A stretch of DNA of 64,000 bases, taken from contig JALMLS010000322.1 of NCBI GenBank assembly GCA_038496445.1, positions 620,001 to 684,000 on the forward strand, in the 5' to 3' direction. Below, in pieces: positions 25,674 to 39,117 of this stretch (the first letter of the stretch is position 1; each line of letters starts with the position of its first letter). Source of the DNA: Trichosphaerium sp. ATCC 40318. Its lineage: Eukaryota; Protista; Tubulinea. Position numbers and translations under genes: made by a program. The notes beneath the pieces are model-generated. The model made no database searches. It was given only the letters and a program-made list of their open reading frames with translations, and was not told where the DNA came from.

Positions 25674-26069
25674 ATGAACACCTTTTCATCGATACCTTCA
25701 CTCTCCCTGGCTGTTCTCTTTGTAGTATTTTTATTCGCAACTCCGGTAACAGGAAACGAAGAAGAGGAAGAACAATGCGTTGGTAAATGGTGCTCAAGAC
25801 TCTACGAACGATATGATGGTAGGTCTGGAACATACTGCGCTGATAAATGGGGATCATGCCCAGAAGACAGTTATACTGCTGTACGCTAATCATAGAAGTA
25901 TAAAAACGAAGAGTTTCCACTCACTGTCCTTTAGTATAGAAAAATTCCAGGAAAGAGAAAGTGTAGACGATGCAATAAGAGAACACCTAGCGCTGGAAGA
26001 TGTAATCATTACGACGGGCCAATGTCAGATAACGGCTATCTAAAAGAAAGCCGCTATGAATGCAAATAA
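25674..26069 (+). CDS. Small secreted 8-cysteine protein (113 aa, 2 exons)
   Basis: Exon 25674-25880 (signal peptide, NEEEEEQC...), 54-nt intron 25881-25934, exon YRKIPGKRKCRRCNKRTPSAGRCNHYDGPMSDNGYLKESRYECK*. Confidence 0.85.
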
Positions 26070-26299
26070 CCACATGTGCACACATGTTTAGATGAGGCAG
26101 TACTATGAGGTACTCAGTCCACTTGTATTAGCAAACTAGAATAAAGTTTGATGTTAATAGTTTTCGGTTTTTTTACGTCCAGAATTGTAAGAGCGTGAAT
26201 CTACACGTGCTCTAAACCCGTTCTTGTTTTAATTCCACCTCGGTCACAATTACGATGTAATAAAACACGACACAATCCCGCTTTTTTTACACAGCAGAA

Positions 26300-28477
26300 C
26301 GCTAGCTGCAGCTAAATTTATTCCTCTGAGTGAGGTCACATGAGCTTAACTGCTTATAACGCTGCTGTTTTACAACACAGTCGATCTTATTGTAACTTTT
26401 GTTGTGCCTTTGAATCGTACATGCCTCTAGCTTCCAAAAAATACCTAACAAGACTAGCATTAAACAATGTTATGAAAGGGATTGTTATGATACCTTATCA
26501 AGTCTTTTGTTCTTGGTGGAATGGTGAAAGCATCAAATTTTTCCAAATTGTATGCAATAAAACGTACACATATACTAACAAGTGTCATCTTTGTACCTAG
26601 ATGCCAAACATTAGCACGTGTTAGTGAAAACAACAATTTTTTTCTTTCACTCAAGCATATAAAATACTAATGTCAGTTTGCTCTTTGACCAATACAATAT
26701 GATCAATTGATAGGAGGTTGGGCAAGATCAAAAGAACGTACGTGTTACGAGACCTGTCATATTTTTACCACAAGAAACATGTGTAATTTTTCCGTTTTGT
26801 GCAAACTCGTAGTTGAATACTGAATTAATCAAAGTGGGTTCTTTACATCTACAACAACCTTAGCAAACAACGCCATCCGTTTTAAAATATTGGGATAAAA
26901 TACGCACCTATGATGACCACCATGTTCTGATCCACCCTTAATATAAAGTCAGGCGAGTACAGTTACGTCTCATTTGGAAGAAAAAGACAAGAAAAAAATC
27001 TTCAAGAAAAGAAAAACTATACCCAAACTAGGACTTCTCCATGTTTAGTAATACAACCCTCATTACCACGTGATAATGTCATAGACTCTACATCAACACC
27101 ACACAGCTTTTCAAGTTTAACAGGATGATTCAAATGCTTATTTTGGTATTTTTTAGCATGTCCTTGTCTATAAGTATCTCCTTCTCCCCACATATAAACA
27201 TCACCATTCTCTACAAAAAAATTGTCAATGCTAACATGTCAACAACCTCGTTTTTTGAAGACTTTACGCACTGGTGAGTGCTGATAGATGTATCCATCCA
27301 AGGAATACTTTATCAACTTGTCCTTTTAGTTCAGGTACTACAAAAGGCACTGTAGTTCCAGAACGATACCTATCTATACCAAAATAATTTGCAGATGAAT
27401 AGCTATTGAATTTCCCCCAAAGGTAAAGGTCACCATTGTCTGAAAAAAATTGTTAGAAATTGCTTAAATAAGTATGTCGCTATTTACTTGTAACAGCAGC
27501 AGCCCAATTTGATGCCATAGCTACACTCTTTACATCTACGAGTGTATCCTTTGATAGCCATGTTCCAACAGCACCTCCTTGAAATTGTAATATCACTCCA
27601 ATCTCCAAAACAATACCAGTATCTACCCTTTACATTACGTTCCTCTTCTCTTGTGTATATAAAACGTATGAAACACTTACCAGTAAGAAGAATTGTTGAT
27701 TCATCTCCACATGCACCTGACGTGAACCGATTTGTACTGGTTTTAATCTGAGTAGGTTTTTGTATATCTTGTTTTGCTAAACACCCCTTACCCCACGTGA
27801 AAGCTTTGAGGGTATCTGAAGACAGTAAGAAATAGAACATAGAATAACAATATAAGTATTTAATCATATACCTGTTATGGCGACAGCGTGGCCAGCGGTA
27901 TAGCCTCCAGGAGTAGTAACAGTAATAAACGTAAACTTTTCGCCCTAATAACGAACGCAGTTATTTTCACTGAAAACAACAAAACGTTTGGTAGCTCCGT
28001 ACAGGTACTTCTAAATGCCGTGGTGTTTCCACATGTACTCCTTCACCAAAGCCAGTGCCCATTCCAGTACCCCAAGAGTACAAATCGCCGTATCCTGAGC
28101 ATTTTAAGTTAAACCAGTAGTAACAGCTAAAAATAGGCGCGGGAAGCTAGTGGAGGCTCAAAAGATGCTTTCAATCGCTTTGATGGTATTTGTTGAGTTT
28201 AATAGATATTCGCCTTTAGACGCTATAGCGTACCTGATAGAGCTAAAGTGAACGTGTTGCAGCATTGTATAGACGTAATACGTTTCATTTCAAGAGGAAC
28301 AAGTAGAAGTGGCGCTGTAAGCTCTTTGCGCGTTGTATTGCTATTATACCAACCACTCTGCTTAACGTCTTCTGCAGTTTTGTCAGTATAGCTTTTAGCA
28401 TGACCTGTATATTCAGCAGCTCCCCACGTATAAACGTAAGTAAATTCTAACTCATTTGGTGTAGCGACCTCCATCAT
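26300..28477 (-). CDS. RCC1/BLIP-II repeat protein (3' end approximate)
   Basis: Repeated VYTWG, AFTWGKG, LYLWG and VYMWG motifs preceded by ITSIQCCNTFTLAL, GACGDESTILLT and VSLGWIHLSALT. Confidence 0.8.
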
Positions 28478-29710
28478 TTTGTGTTGCAGTAAATGGAGTA
28501 GTTTTGCATTGGATTAATTCATTGAACAGCTGGCAAAAACGCCAATCAGTTTACCGGGAAAAACACAATTAATCAAAATATACCAAACTTTTTTTGTTGA
28601 CAACCTCGTTTTCTGTGATCGTATAAAACAATACGCTCTAATCAATACAGGTAAACATTTTTTTCTTGTACATCACGTATTTTAGCCTTTCGCAAGGACT
28701 GTGGCAATACAGTATGGCGAACAGGTGGGAAAAAGAAATGCCAAGAGGAAGATTACAACAGAGACGGAAATAGTACACAAATTTTTGTAAATGGTGTAAA
28801 ACAAAGAGTCATAGAGCAACTTTTGTTAAGCAGTACTCGTTCATAGAAAAATTCAATACACTAAGCCATGTGCTTGTACATCAAAAACAGTGCTATATCT
28901 TGTAGCTACATGGTTGTAGGTGTGTTATGCCAGAAGTTTGGTGCCAGATGCCAAAATATGTTTGTAGACGTACATTTGTAACAACAATGCCGTAAAACTG
29001 TTCCACTAATGTGTTAATTGCAAAAAAAGAAGTGACAGTTGCAATAATTGCTTTTAGTCAGCGTAATTGATTGCTTTTGAAGATTTTCCAATAACGACGA
29101 CAAATCAAGCAACGGCAACCAAATATACCTGAAAGGATATAATCTTATGTGATCTGTAAAATGGTACGTTTAGGCAGCCGTTGGTACATTTGTCTTGAAA
29201 TAGTAGTTTTTTCATTAAACACTCACAAAAATCCTTGTAAGTACCTAAAAACATGTATATGCGCGTAGGGTAGTACATACATACAATATTTGTATGCTAA
29301 AGCTAAAATACACTTGTGACGCTATTGTAAGCCTTGATTTTCAAATTACAAGTACTGTGATCTTTTGTGCAATAGATGTCTTAATTTCAAGGCTGTGTAT
29401 AGGCGTCAAACAGAGAAAAATGATCAAATATGGAACTGAAAAACAATTTTCAGTGATTCTGCGCTATACAATGTTTAATTGTTCTTGACGTTACAACTCC
29501 ACAAACAACAAAAAGAAAGATCACAATACATTAAGCACATGGACTAGCGTCTATGTAGAGAAGGAACTGCTTAACAAAAGTTGCTCTAGTAATACCGCCA
29601 AACACTGCCTGGACATGGATTACGATTAATGGTAGCATTTGGAATAGTATAAATCCTTTGAAGCAATCGTTTTTATTGAAGAGAATGTCAAATCAGATAT
29701 TTCACTAAAG

Positions 29711-31870
29711 TTAATCTCTAGAAGATACGAGAAATTTGGGCTCTTTTACAAACTTATGAATGGAAGTAAACTTGTATTCTAAAGAGTTTGGTTCTTCTGT
29801 TTCGGTCCACGTGAAATGTTGTATGTAAGAAGCAACCGCTTTGTATAAAAGAGTCAATCCTATACGCTCTCCTGGACATCTTCTTATTCCTTGTCTAAAT
29901 AGTTACAAATTAATAAATAACTTTTAATGCTTTTGTTGGTTGTTTCTTTGTGTAGGCTTACCCAAAAGGATTGATGTTACAAACAGGATCTAACCATCTT
30001 CTTGGATTGAACTGTGATGGATTCTCCCATTTATCGTTATGACATTCTTTATGATGAACAAGGTGTACAATGGCCTATTCTCGTTTTAAGCATCTTTGGG
30101 TGAACAACCTTAAAAAAAAACCAATCTTACTCCTTTTGGGATAGTGTATCCTGCCATACTAATATCTTCTCTTGCTTTGTGAGGTAGCAACATTGGTACG
30201 ACTGGTTTGAATCTGAATACTTCTTGTATAAAGTTCTTCAAACTAGGTATAGCTTGCAAGTCCTAGAAAGCTGCTTAGATACATGAAAAGGTTAAAGTTT
30301 TAAATTGTAGGCATCCAAACATTTTTTGATTACCTTCACAGACATGCTCGAAACGTCTAATCCTTCCAGGGACCTTCTTAGTTCAGCTTGAATATCTGGA
30401 TATTTGGCAAGCATTGTTACAGAACTAAAGAGAAACGTAATCAGTATTGGTAGTCATTGTACATACGTACGTCTGTAATGCATGTGCTGTTGTATCAAAT
30501 CCTGCAGCTATTATCTCCATAAGAAAGGCAACCAGTTGATTCTCTGTGATATCAGGCATTTCGTTTAGTATTACATCTATCCAATGTCTTTTCTCTCCTT
30601 TGACATAATTCTCACGTGATTTTCTAATTAGTTTTCTGTACAATCTATCTCTGTTTTTAATCGTCTCTTCCAACTTACTCAACTAACACAATTGTTAGCT
30701 CCATGAAACTTTACGGAAGAGAACAGTCATAGTTTCGCTACTTACTTGCTTTCCATCAAAGACAGCACATGCTGGGAACAAGTCTTGTAGAAACGGCATC
30801 AAGAAAGCTTCTACAACTTGATCGGTTACTTCAAAGATATCAGAGATATCTTTGTCTTTGTGCTCGTATGCACGAATACCAAAGAGTGTTTTAGAAATCA
30901 TGTTGAATGTCAATCTGTATGAAATATCACTTCCTGATACGCTTTCTCCAGATTCAGAACGTTTTTTAAGCCACTCAATGGCATCTTTGACCTCGAAATT
31001 TATTATAGGCGCCATGCTCTAACATAAAGGTTATTGAAGTTAACTCTGCGTTGTTGGTTATCATGTACCTTCATACCCTTTCCTGAAACAAACTCGTTTT
31101 TGAATATCTTTCTGTATCCTTTATGGTAGTCGTTATGATCAGACATTACGCAAGCTGTACATCAAATAAGTATTAATGATGACGTTACTGAGATGAATAC
31201 CTCCATTGAGGTCTGGTGAGTAAATCATTCTTAATGCCAGGAAATCACTTAGTGGTCTACGACAGATGTTAGCTTAAATATTTAGTTTGGTAAGTATCGC
31301 TGCTCACCTGTCCGAAAGTACACGCCGATGCTTTGTTGCTGCTTCCTTAATGAGCTCAGGATCAGTGATAAATACCATCTAATACAATTTAATTTTCACA
31401 AATTCTGGTGCTCAAAAAAAACGTGCTCTGACGAGTGATCACGTGATAATTGTAATACCCGCCTTACTTAACGTACAATCTTGGATCCAAAGTTCATACT
31501 GAATATACCACCAAGCGTTTTAGAGTATTTCATCGTAGTCCTAGATATTAAGAGTTCTCAGTTAATTTCAAATCATTTCGAAAAAGTTTTGATCGAGCAA
31601 GCTAATTTGTAAAGAAAAGTGGATATAAGCTCTTTGTTGTTTAGTACAGTACAAGGGAGAGTTTGTTACCGATAATTTGTACAGAAATGATTTTGAAATT
31701 TTGTTGGCGTACTCGACCATTTTCTTTGGATCTGTCCAAAGATGAAGGTGCCCAATCAAAGGGATACTGATTGGACTTGGTGGAAGATTTAAAGCCTTAT
31801 TTTTCATGTTCTTGTTTACAGTCAGCGCTATGAATGCACATAACAATACGATAGATAAAAGTAATATCAT
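29711..31870 (-). CDS. Cytochrome P450
   Basis: N-terminal TM plus PPSPISIPLIGHL, I-helix AAGFDTT, K-helix QEVFR, FNPRRW, heme motif FGQGIRRCPG. Confidence 0.96.
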
Positions 31871-32299
31871 CACGTTTTCTCAAGGTGTTGTGTATTGGGA
31901 TGTGATAGTATGTTTATTTCTTTTTATTTTTGTCAAACAAAAGTTATTGTGCGTAAGTAACAATATGTGTAATTAGCGGACAATTATTTTCCCCCATTAA
32001 AATATCCTAACTGTATTTAAGTGACTCATAGACGTCGGGATTACATACCCACCAGTTGTACCACGTGATCTTTTACCTTCCCAATTTGTGTTCCAAAGCA
32101 AAAGAGATTTACACATTGAATATGCGATTAACAAGGGTGTAAAGTGTTCCTTTAGTTGCCAACTCACAGTGTGTTATTCACCACAGTGCGGAGTTCAACT
32201 TTCGGAACACTTTCCCAATTGTTATGCAATTAATTTAAGGTCTCTGGCTACGCTGGTCCAAGTAAGATTGCGAGCTGAGCGATAAGGATTGTATTAACA

Positions 32300-35031
32300 A
32301 GAACGTATGTTAAGCGTGCTTCCGTAGCCAAAATTTGACTTAGGATCTTGCATTACATCAGGATTTCAGAGCAGATGGGTTGTAGGAAGTCACATACTTG
32401 TCCAAAAAAACTTGGAAACAAAACACGTGTTGGGGTTTTTTGTTCTTTTTTTATGTTTTACAACTGCTGTTACCGTTCATCATTGATATCACCTGGAGAT
32501 GGTGGCGGTGTTTCTATTGTATTACTTGGAGATGGAGGGCATTTTAAAGGATCAAGACCAAGCATTTTAAGTAGAATATCTGCCTTTGAATAGCGTAGAT
32601 TCGTTTCTTCTGCCAATCCAATCAACACGCTAAAACAAACACGTTTAATATCAAGATAGACATATTGAATTGACTAGTATTACATGTAATAGTATCTTAG
32701 AGATATCTTGTGATTTTTAAAGGTAAACAAAGAGGCAAAAAGTATTTAACAGGCGAGTAATAATAAGATAAGAAGCAAATAGACACAAAAATAAAAAAAA
32801 GAAAACAAAGTTTGTAGTTCTTGATATTTTCTTACCTTATATATGGTCGTACAGTATCTATATCAAGTATAGAGTAAAGATATGTAACTAACTAATACAT
32901 TGTAATTAGCTCAAACATAAGAATCAATCACAAAAAACCTTAATGGCTATTGCTAAAAAGAAAAAAAAAGAAAAGAGTTACGTACATCAACAAACAACTC
33001 ACCATCTCTGAGGTGTATGACAATAGTGCAAATATCGAAAATAATAGTCAATGAAACTAAAGGGTGCCTTATACCTTTAGAATCTTCTGTTAATATATTT
33101 AATATATTCCTTGCACACTAGCATCAAAGAGTTAAAACAAGAAAAAAATAAGAAAACTGGTAAGAATAAAAGCGGTTTTTTTGTTGTACCTGCCATGCTT
33201 CATCTAGCATTCCTCCAGAAAAATATGTCAATGTGCGAGCAAGATATGTTATAATTTTAAAAGTAGAATCGAGTCTATTCCGAGCTTTATACATGATTTT
33301 TTTGTATCGTTCCAAGTACTTAAGTTCACTTAAAAATTGTGTAGTTTCTTCTTCGGTCTATAAAGAGAATAAGTTATCTTGAAATTAATACTATGGTTGT
33401 GTATAACTTGAATATAGCATTGCTTTACAAAACTTATGGTATGAAAAGGAGTTTACAGTTTTCAGTAATGACGGATGATGGAGTTTTTTTTTTCATATCT
33501 CAGCGACGTACAAGCGTTTTGAATGATTTCAATGGAATACGATTATTTTGAATACTTATCAATGGAGCTACTATTGATATACTTATCCAAATCTACAAAA
33601 AAAAGGTGAACAAAAAGGGCAAGTCAGGTCAAGAAGTAAATTGCAAAAAAAAAAAAAGAAAAAAAAACGAAAAAAAATCTTCCAGCACATACCTTTCCAC
33701 AAATCGCCCATGTTATCATCAAAACTTGTGTAAGTGTTGGATTTTCTAATTTTCGTATATAAGATAAATCATTACTCAATTTTGTTATATTGTCAAGTTC
33801 GAGCACCCTAGTTCTTTTTTTAGAACAACGAAAATAAAAAAAAGAAACAAATAAGTTGTTACCTGTCGTTCATAAAGTTACTAGTAAACCGCCTTAGACG
33901 TGCTGAAATAACCATAAGGTCTTTAATTTGTTGTTGTGTATAGATGTGCTTTTTTTCTGTGACTTGTGAGGCACAAATCGTTTTTATCATCTCTATGAAA
34001 TGAAGGATCATTAGTTTTTAAAAACTTGGTATTATCAAAACTTTTTATGTATAGAGCTTGTGAGTGTATTATTAGACGAACCTTGTCCTTTATTCCTTAG
34101 ACTAAAGTCTTGATTACCGGAGAGTAAAGTATAGTCACTAAGCAATATCTTGCCGACTAGACAAAAAACAATCAAAAAAAAACAAGCAACAAAAAAAAAA
34201 CACGTGCTTGCAATACTCGGGTGAGTTATATCTTGTAACTCTGTAATTATACGTAACGCAGTACTATAGATATACTCGGCGTCACTAGGACGCCCACATT
34301 CTATAGCACCAATAGTAAGGAACCCTAACAGTTCAACAGTTTCAGGATGTTTTCGCCATTGAGTTGCTACAACAAAACAAAGTTAATACAATGCATTTCA
34401 ATTAACCACGCTTGACAGTAGCAGTAGTAGGTAAATACGTCACAACGGAGAATCTCATGCAGAAATACGTTTGTAACCCATATAACGCACCTGAGTCATC
34501 ATCGAATGCCTCCACTACGTAATTACTGTTCCAGTGACGACAAGGTACGGCCTTTAGGAGAGTTAAAAAGGAAACCAAAATAAAATTATATCTCCGCACC
34601 AAAATGCTTGCAAAGCGCTCCTTGTATACTTGAAGCCATTGAGATACATAACATGTTATGTTAAGACGTTTAGCAATACACCAAAGAAAACCGGTTTGTT
34701 TCTGTCTCTCCAACCGCTGTTGCTTCATAAACATATTTCGCCAGTACTCTACCTTGTCTGTTTTATCGTTGAGTTGTCTTTTTAGATCCGCTAGATTTGT
34801 TTTTCTGGTTACGTCATAGGTTTTGTATAACCGAGTGGTTGAAACGCGGTCTTGACGCGTGCAGGTCCCCTTTTGTTGGTTATGGTTGCAGGTTGTGTAA
34901 ATACATTCTTGATCCAACTCAGAGCATCTGAAGCAATTAAGAGAGCCATCGCATTCCAATTTAAGTAAAATACAGCTGTTACAAACTCTCTTTGAGGTTA
35001 CACGCCTCTTTTTTCTTGAAACGAGCGCCAT
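32300..35031 (-). CDS. Zn(II)2Cys6 binuclear cluster transcription factor (3' end approximate)
   Basis: Basic NLS KKRR, then CNSCILLKLECDGSLNCFRCSELDQEC (Cx2Cx6Cx5Cx2Cx6C), a coiled coil and further spliced helical exons. Confidence 0.8.
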
Positions 35032-36269
35032 TTACCTTCAGGCTACACCGGCGACCTGTATCTTCCAGGCTACGTTGGTTTTGACTAGAAAAAGATTCTG
35101 GCTGACATTACTTCACAACTTGATTATAGCGCCTTGAGCGAACTTACAATCACTCCGCTTGAACAGCAACCACAATTAAATATGTCCGCTTTCATTTCAA
35201 ACTGGGATAATTTTTATTTGGGCTAAGAACTTTTGTAATGAATACCTCACGCCCACAGATAACTACAAAGCAAATGCCAGCCAAAAAGAAAAGTTTGTAC
35301 ACGAGTATAAAATTTTATTGAGTTTTCTAGGCACACACAAGCATTTAGACCCTTTCTTTGTACTAAGAAATGGTACGTTATTGGCTGTTTTATAGGGTTG
35401 CCTGACTGCCTAATTTAAATGATACCAGCATAACGGGCTGTTCTTCAAACTACCTTAGAGCAAACAGGGAGTTCGCCACATGAATTGGATGGAAAAGAGA
35501 TATCTGTAGTGAACTGTGCAGACCGTCGACAGTCGATTTTTATTTAACAGGTACAAACGTCCATTTTTGGCATCGCTGTGCGTAGGTGATACTAGCGTAG
35601 TATTATTTCAACTTGCAACAAAGAGAGCAATACAGAAAACTTGCACTGTTTTCACAACTTCGCGTCTGCCTTAAACTCCAAACCACAAATCAACAGCCAC
35701 TCCACACGGGTATTATACGCACTGCAAATCCGTATAGAGTCGGTAAGCTGAAAATAAAAATCGTCATGTGCGATTACAACTTTTCTTGACATATCATTTT
35801 AATACGTTCTGACCAATCTTTCCCAGTTTTTTCTGAACGCTGTTCCTAACTCCAAGTCAGTTGTTTTGAAAGTGTCGTCAATCAATCAATAACAACATAT
35901 CAAATAAGCAGAGAACCAAAAGTGTCCAACAGATAGCTTACAACAGCAACATGGTAATTTTGTAGAGCAACATACTGATATTGCATTGAAAGTGGAGTCA
36001 TTTCGTTATCGGAAGCAGACACAAGCGTATCATCACCAGTGCAAGATAGTCTTCGAAGAGTTATGGACTAGTTTTAAAGTACACATGATTATTAGGTCAC
36101 GAGAATTATCGCATAATGTTGTATAGCTAAAAACACAAAATAGAATTCTGAACATATTTACAATTAAGTTATAGACCTTATATTTCATCATTTGCCATTG
36201 TGCATATTACAGGTAATCTCATAATAGTCCCTTTTTATTTCTAAGCTCAGTTTGAAAGGTACATCTGTT

Positions 36270-37445
36270 TCAGAGTGATAACCTTCTAACACAAGGTTCT
36301 CTTCCGTTTAGATAAACTGGTGGAGGTCCAGCCACAGGATTTATCATTTTAATACGTCGTGCAAAAATCCCACTACTTTGTGATGTTGTTCCTAAATTTA
36401 TCATGTTAAGAACCATAATGTAACTGGTGATACAAAAAACAAATGAATCAAAAAAAAAAAAAATTGTTTTGGTTTTTTTTGCTTTTGTAGAGAACGTACT
36501 ATCCGATATTTGCAAGGAAAGAAGTTCATTTTCATTAGAGATAGTCACAAGTGTATCCTCATCAATATGTGTTAAACTAGAAGTATTGATTAGCACTTAT
36601 TCAACCAAATGAATAAACAAGTACTCAGAGTAAGAATCTGACAATTTAAAGTCTGAAACAAAAGTGGCCATGGAAATGTCAATTGGACATGAATCGAAAA
36701 GAGTGCTAAAAGGAGTACTATATACATCACCACCACCACCGAGGAAATAAACTACATCATTCACAACGTCACCTAGGGTTCAACTTAAGTATGAAATTAA
36801 TTAGTGTTTTTTTGTCTGAGAACTACTTCAAGCGACTTACATCCAACATAACCTGCAGGTGATATTTGACAGCTTCTTCCAACTGTCAAACAATCTCCAC
36901 CCATACTTAGATCGACCGTTATTTCCTCAAGTAGCCCTGTACTACTCATTCTCAAGAATGTTGTATCAGAAACAAAGTTACAAAAGAAATCATCAACAGA
37001 GCCATCAAACGACTTGCTGCAAAGTTCTGTTCCATCTCTGGATATGACTTGTTCATTTATTTGACTAGCAAAAGATACGATGAATGATCCATCAAGAGAT
37101 GGCACTAATAGCGATGAGCAAAAAGGCAGAACTTTTTCCCTTGTACATAAAAAAACAACTTAACCTACAACTCTGTATTTTGTTGCCTTTTACGTACGTA
37201 TTGGCGCAATATTACCACCACCGCCATTGTAGGATATCAATTCATCACCTGTATTTATTATTAATAAGCTGTATGGTGCTACAACCGTTTAATATACCGA
37301 TAAACATCAATTGGTCATCAGTAAGCCTCAGTGAGGCTCTATCGCCAGAATTGACAGCGACAATAAAAGTAGCGTCATCTTGCGTAAATACCAAAGGCAT
37401 TAAACATAACCATGCAGTAAGCAAGAAGAAGTAGTGATTACACAT
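36270..37445 (-). CDS. Secreted protein of unknown family, paralog B
   Basis: Signal peptide MCNHYFFLLTAWLCLMPLVFT; same exon layout as 21819-23028. Confidence 0.75.
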
Positions 37446-38832
37446 TAGGTGTGGCTAACAATTTAAGAAGGACGAGTATTTAAGTACCCACAAAATCACG
37501 TGCACACTCGAAACGACACTGTCATTCCCTCTTTTCGGCAAGGCCCTGAAAGCCACTCATTAAGGTTACAGTTATTAGCACCACATCTCCGAATGGCTGG
37601 CCATTTGTTGGTCGTTGTAATCATAGAGATTTAGCGAGTGAAACCGTTGAACAAAACATAACAAATTGTTTGTTAATATCGATTGCTACACAGTTAAGAT
37701 CAAAACAAGTTACAACTAGTGACTTGAGAGCAGCTACAACAAAACCAATTTCAAACCACGTGATAAACACGTGATGGAGTAGAAACTGAGACAGATTCCG
37801 CAAACAACACTTCGAGTAACCAAAGCAGTAAGGAAGATTAAAGAGTCGGCTCAGGAGTACTGGAAGTCTCACTAAGGAAGGAAACTCATAGGATTCATGG
37901 ATCTAAAATCATGGACACGGCTGATGAACCACCTGAGTTTGGGAGTGTGATATTCTAAACCTTTCACAATTCCTGGTGAAGCCGATTTTCCCTGAGCAAG
38001 CTGATTTCTGAGCGTTGAATTAAGAGGTATTGTGATTACAGTATAAAGAACGTGTACAGTCAGTCAAAGCATGGTTAACAAAATAGCTTTTATGATGGCG
38101 TCAGTTTATCTTGTAGTTACTTCTTATGACAGACTGATACGTCGTTGCATACTCACTCCTTTTAATTTCTTTGTCAAGATCCTAAATCTTTCGAGTTGTA
38201 TATCAAGTGAAACTTGTGTGTTTCTTATCATTGCCTTACCAAGATCAGTAAAAACCATACGCCAAAACGTATGAACACTCTCGCTGTCAGAGTGAGGTGG
38301 GACTTATACGGGAACAGTTGTAAACCAATTTACCAGTTAACACGGATGATGTTATTAAATGATGTCACCACTAAACAATCCTATTTTAAACGAGCGAATA
38401 TCGCAAAAAACTTGCCCTATTGTAGCTCGTAAATGTATCCGCCTCGTATTTATTTACTCTTGAAACTATGTCGACACTAAATATTGTTTGAAAACACGTG
38501 ATAGTGTTTTCTGACACTTCTACACGACGAAAAACACGGAAAATCCTTTCCTACGATTCAGAAAACAATGAACGAGTTAGGACCAGTTCTACAGACTAAG
38601 AGACGCACGGCATGACGTAAACAGTACTTGATTCGGGGGTTCGGTGACAACGTGGATATTTGGGTTCATGTGTTTTTGGGTAATACTTTGCCCGTAAGCG
38701 TCTCTCCACTAACGCCCTTGGCGTAAAAAAACTATATTGCCGGTGTCACGCGCAATGTTGATAGTTTGCCCGTTTTACCGACAAAAACTTGACGAGTTTT
38801 CAATAAAAATAATACATAAATCAAACAATCTT

Positions 38833-39117
38833 ATGAGCATGACAACACAAGATAGCAACAACAAAAGAAAGAGAGTATATAAGCTACCACCAAAAGAGCC
38901 TTATACAGAATGTACAGCATGTACAAGACTGTGTGTTTCATGTGTAGGAGATCGTGTTTCATGGAAAGGAAAGAAGGCTAGATATTGTTCAGTTTGTGGT
39001 CTCTGGTACTGTTGTAATCATAAAGGGAAAAATATGAAGTTGAGAGCAGGCGGATGGAAGTGTTATGAGTGTATAGGGTTACCACACACGTATAAACCTG
39101 ATATTTTCTGGGGATAA
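38833..39117 (+). CDS. Small intronless Cys/His zinc-binding protein (PHD-like)
   Basis: NLS-like KRKR; CTACTRLCVSC...CSVCGLWYCCNH...WKCYEC. Confidence 0.65.
   Translation: MSMTTQDSNNKRKRVYKLPPKEPYTECTACTRLCVSCVGDRVSWKGKKARYCSVCGLWYCCNHKGKNMKLRAGGWKCYECIGLPHTYKPDIFWG

Noticed and set aside
29580-29660. TAA/TAG at Gln-like positions, suggesting an alternative genetic code
   Set aside because: Conserved genes here end in TAA, TAG and TGA and have no in-frame stops in conserved exons, so the code is standard.
34402-35031. Zn2Cys6 domain as evidence of fungal origin or contamination
   Set aside because: The domain is known from amoebozoans, and the intron style matches neighbouring genes.
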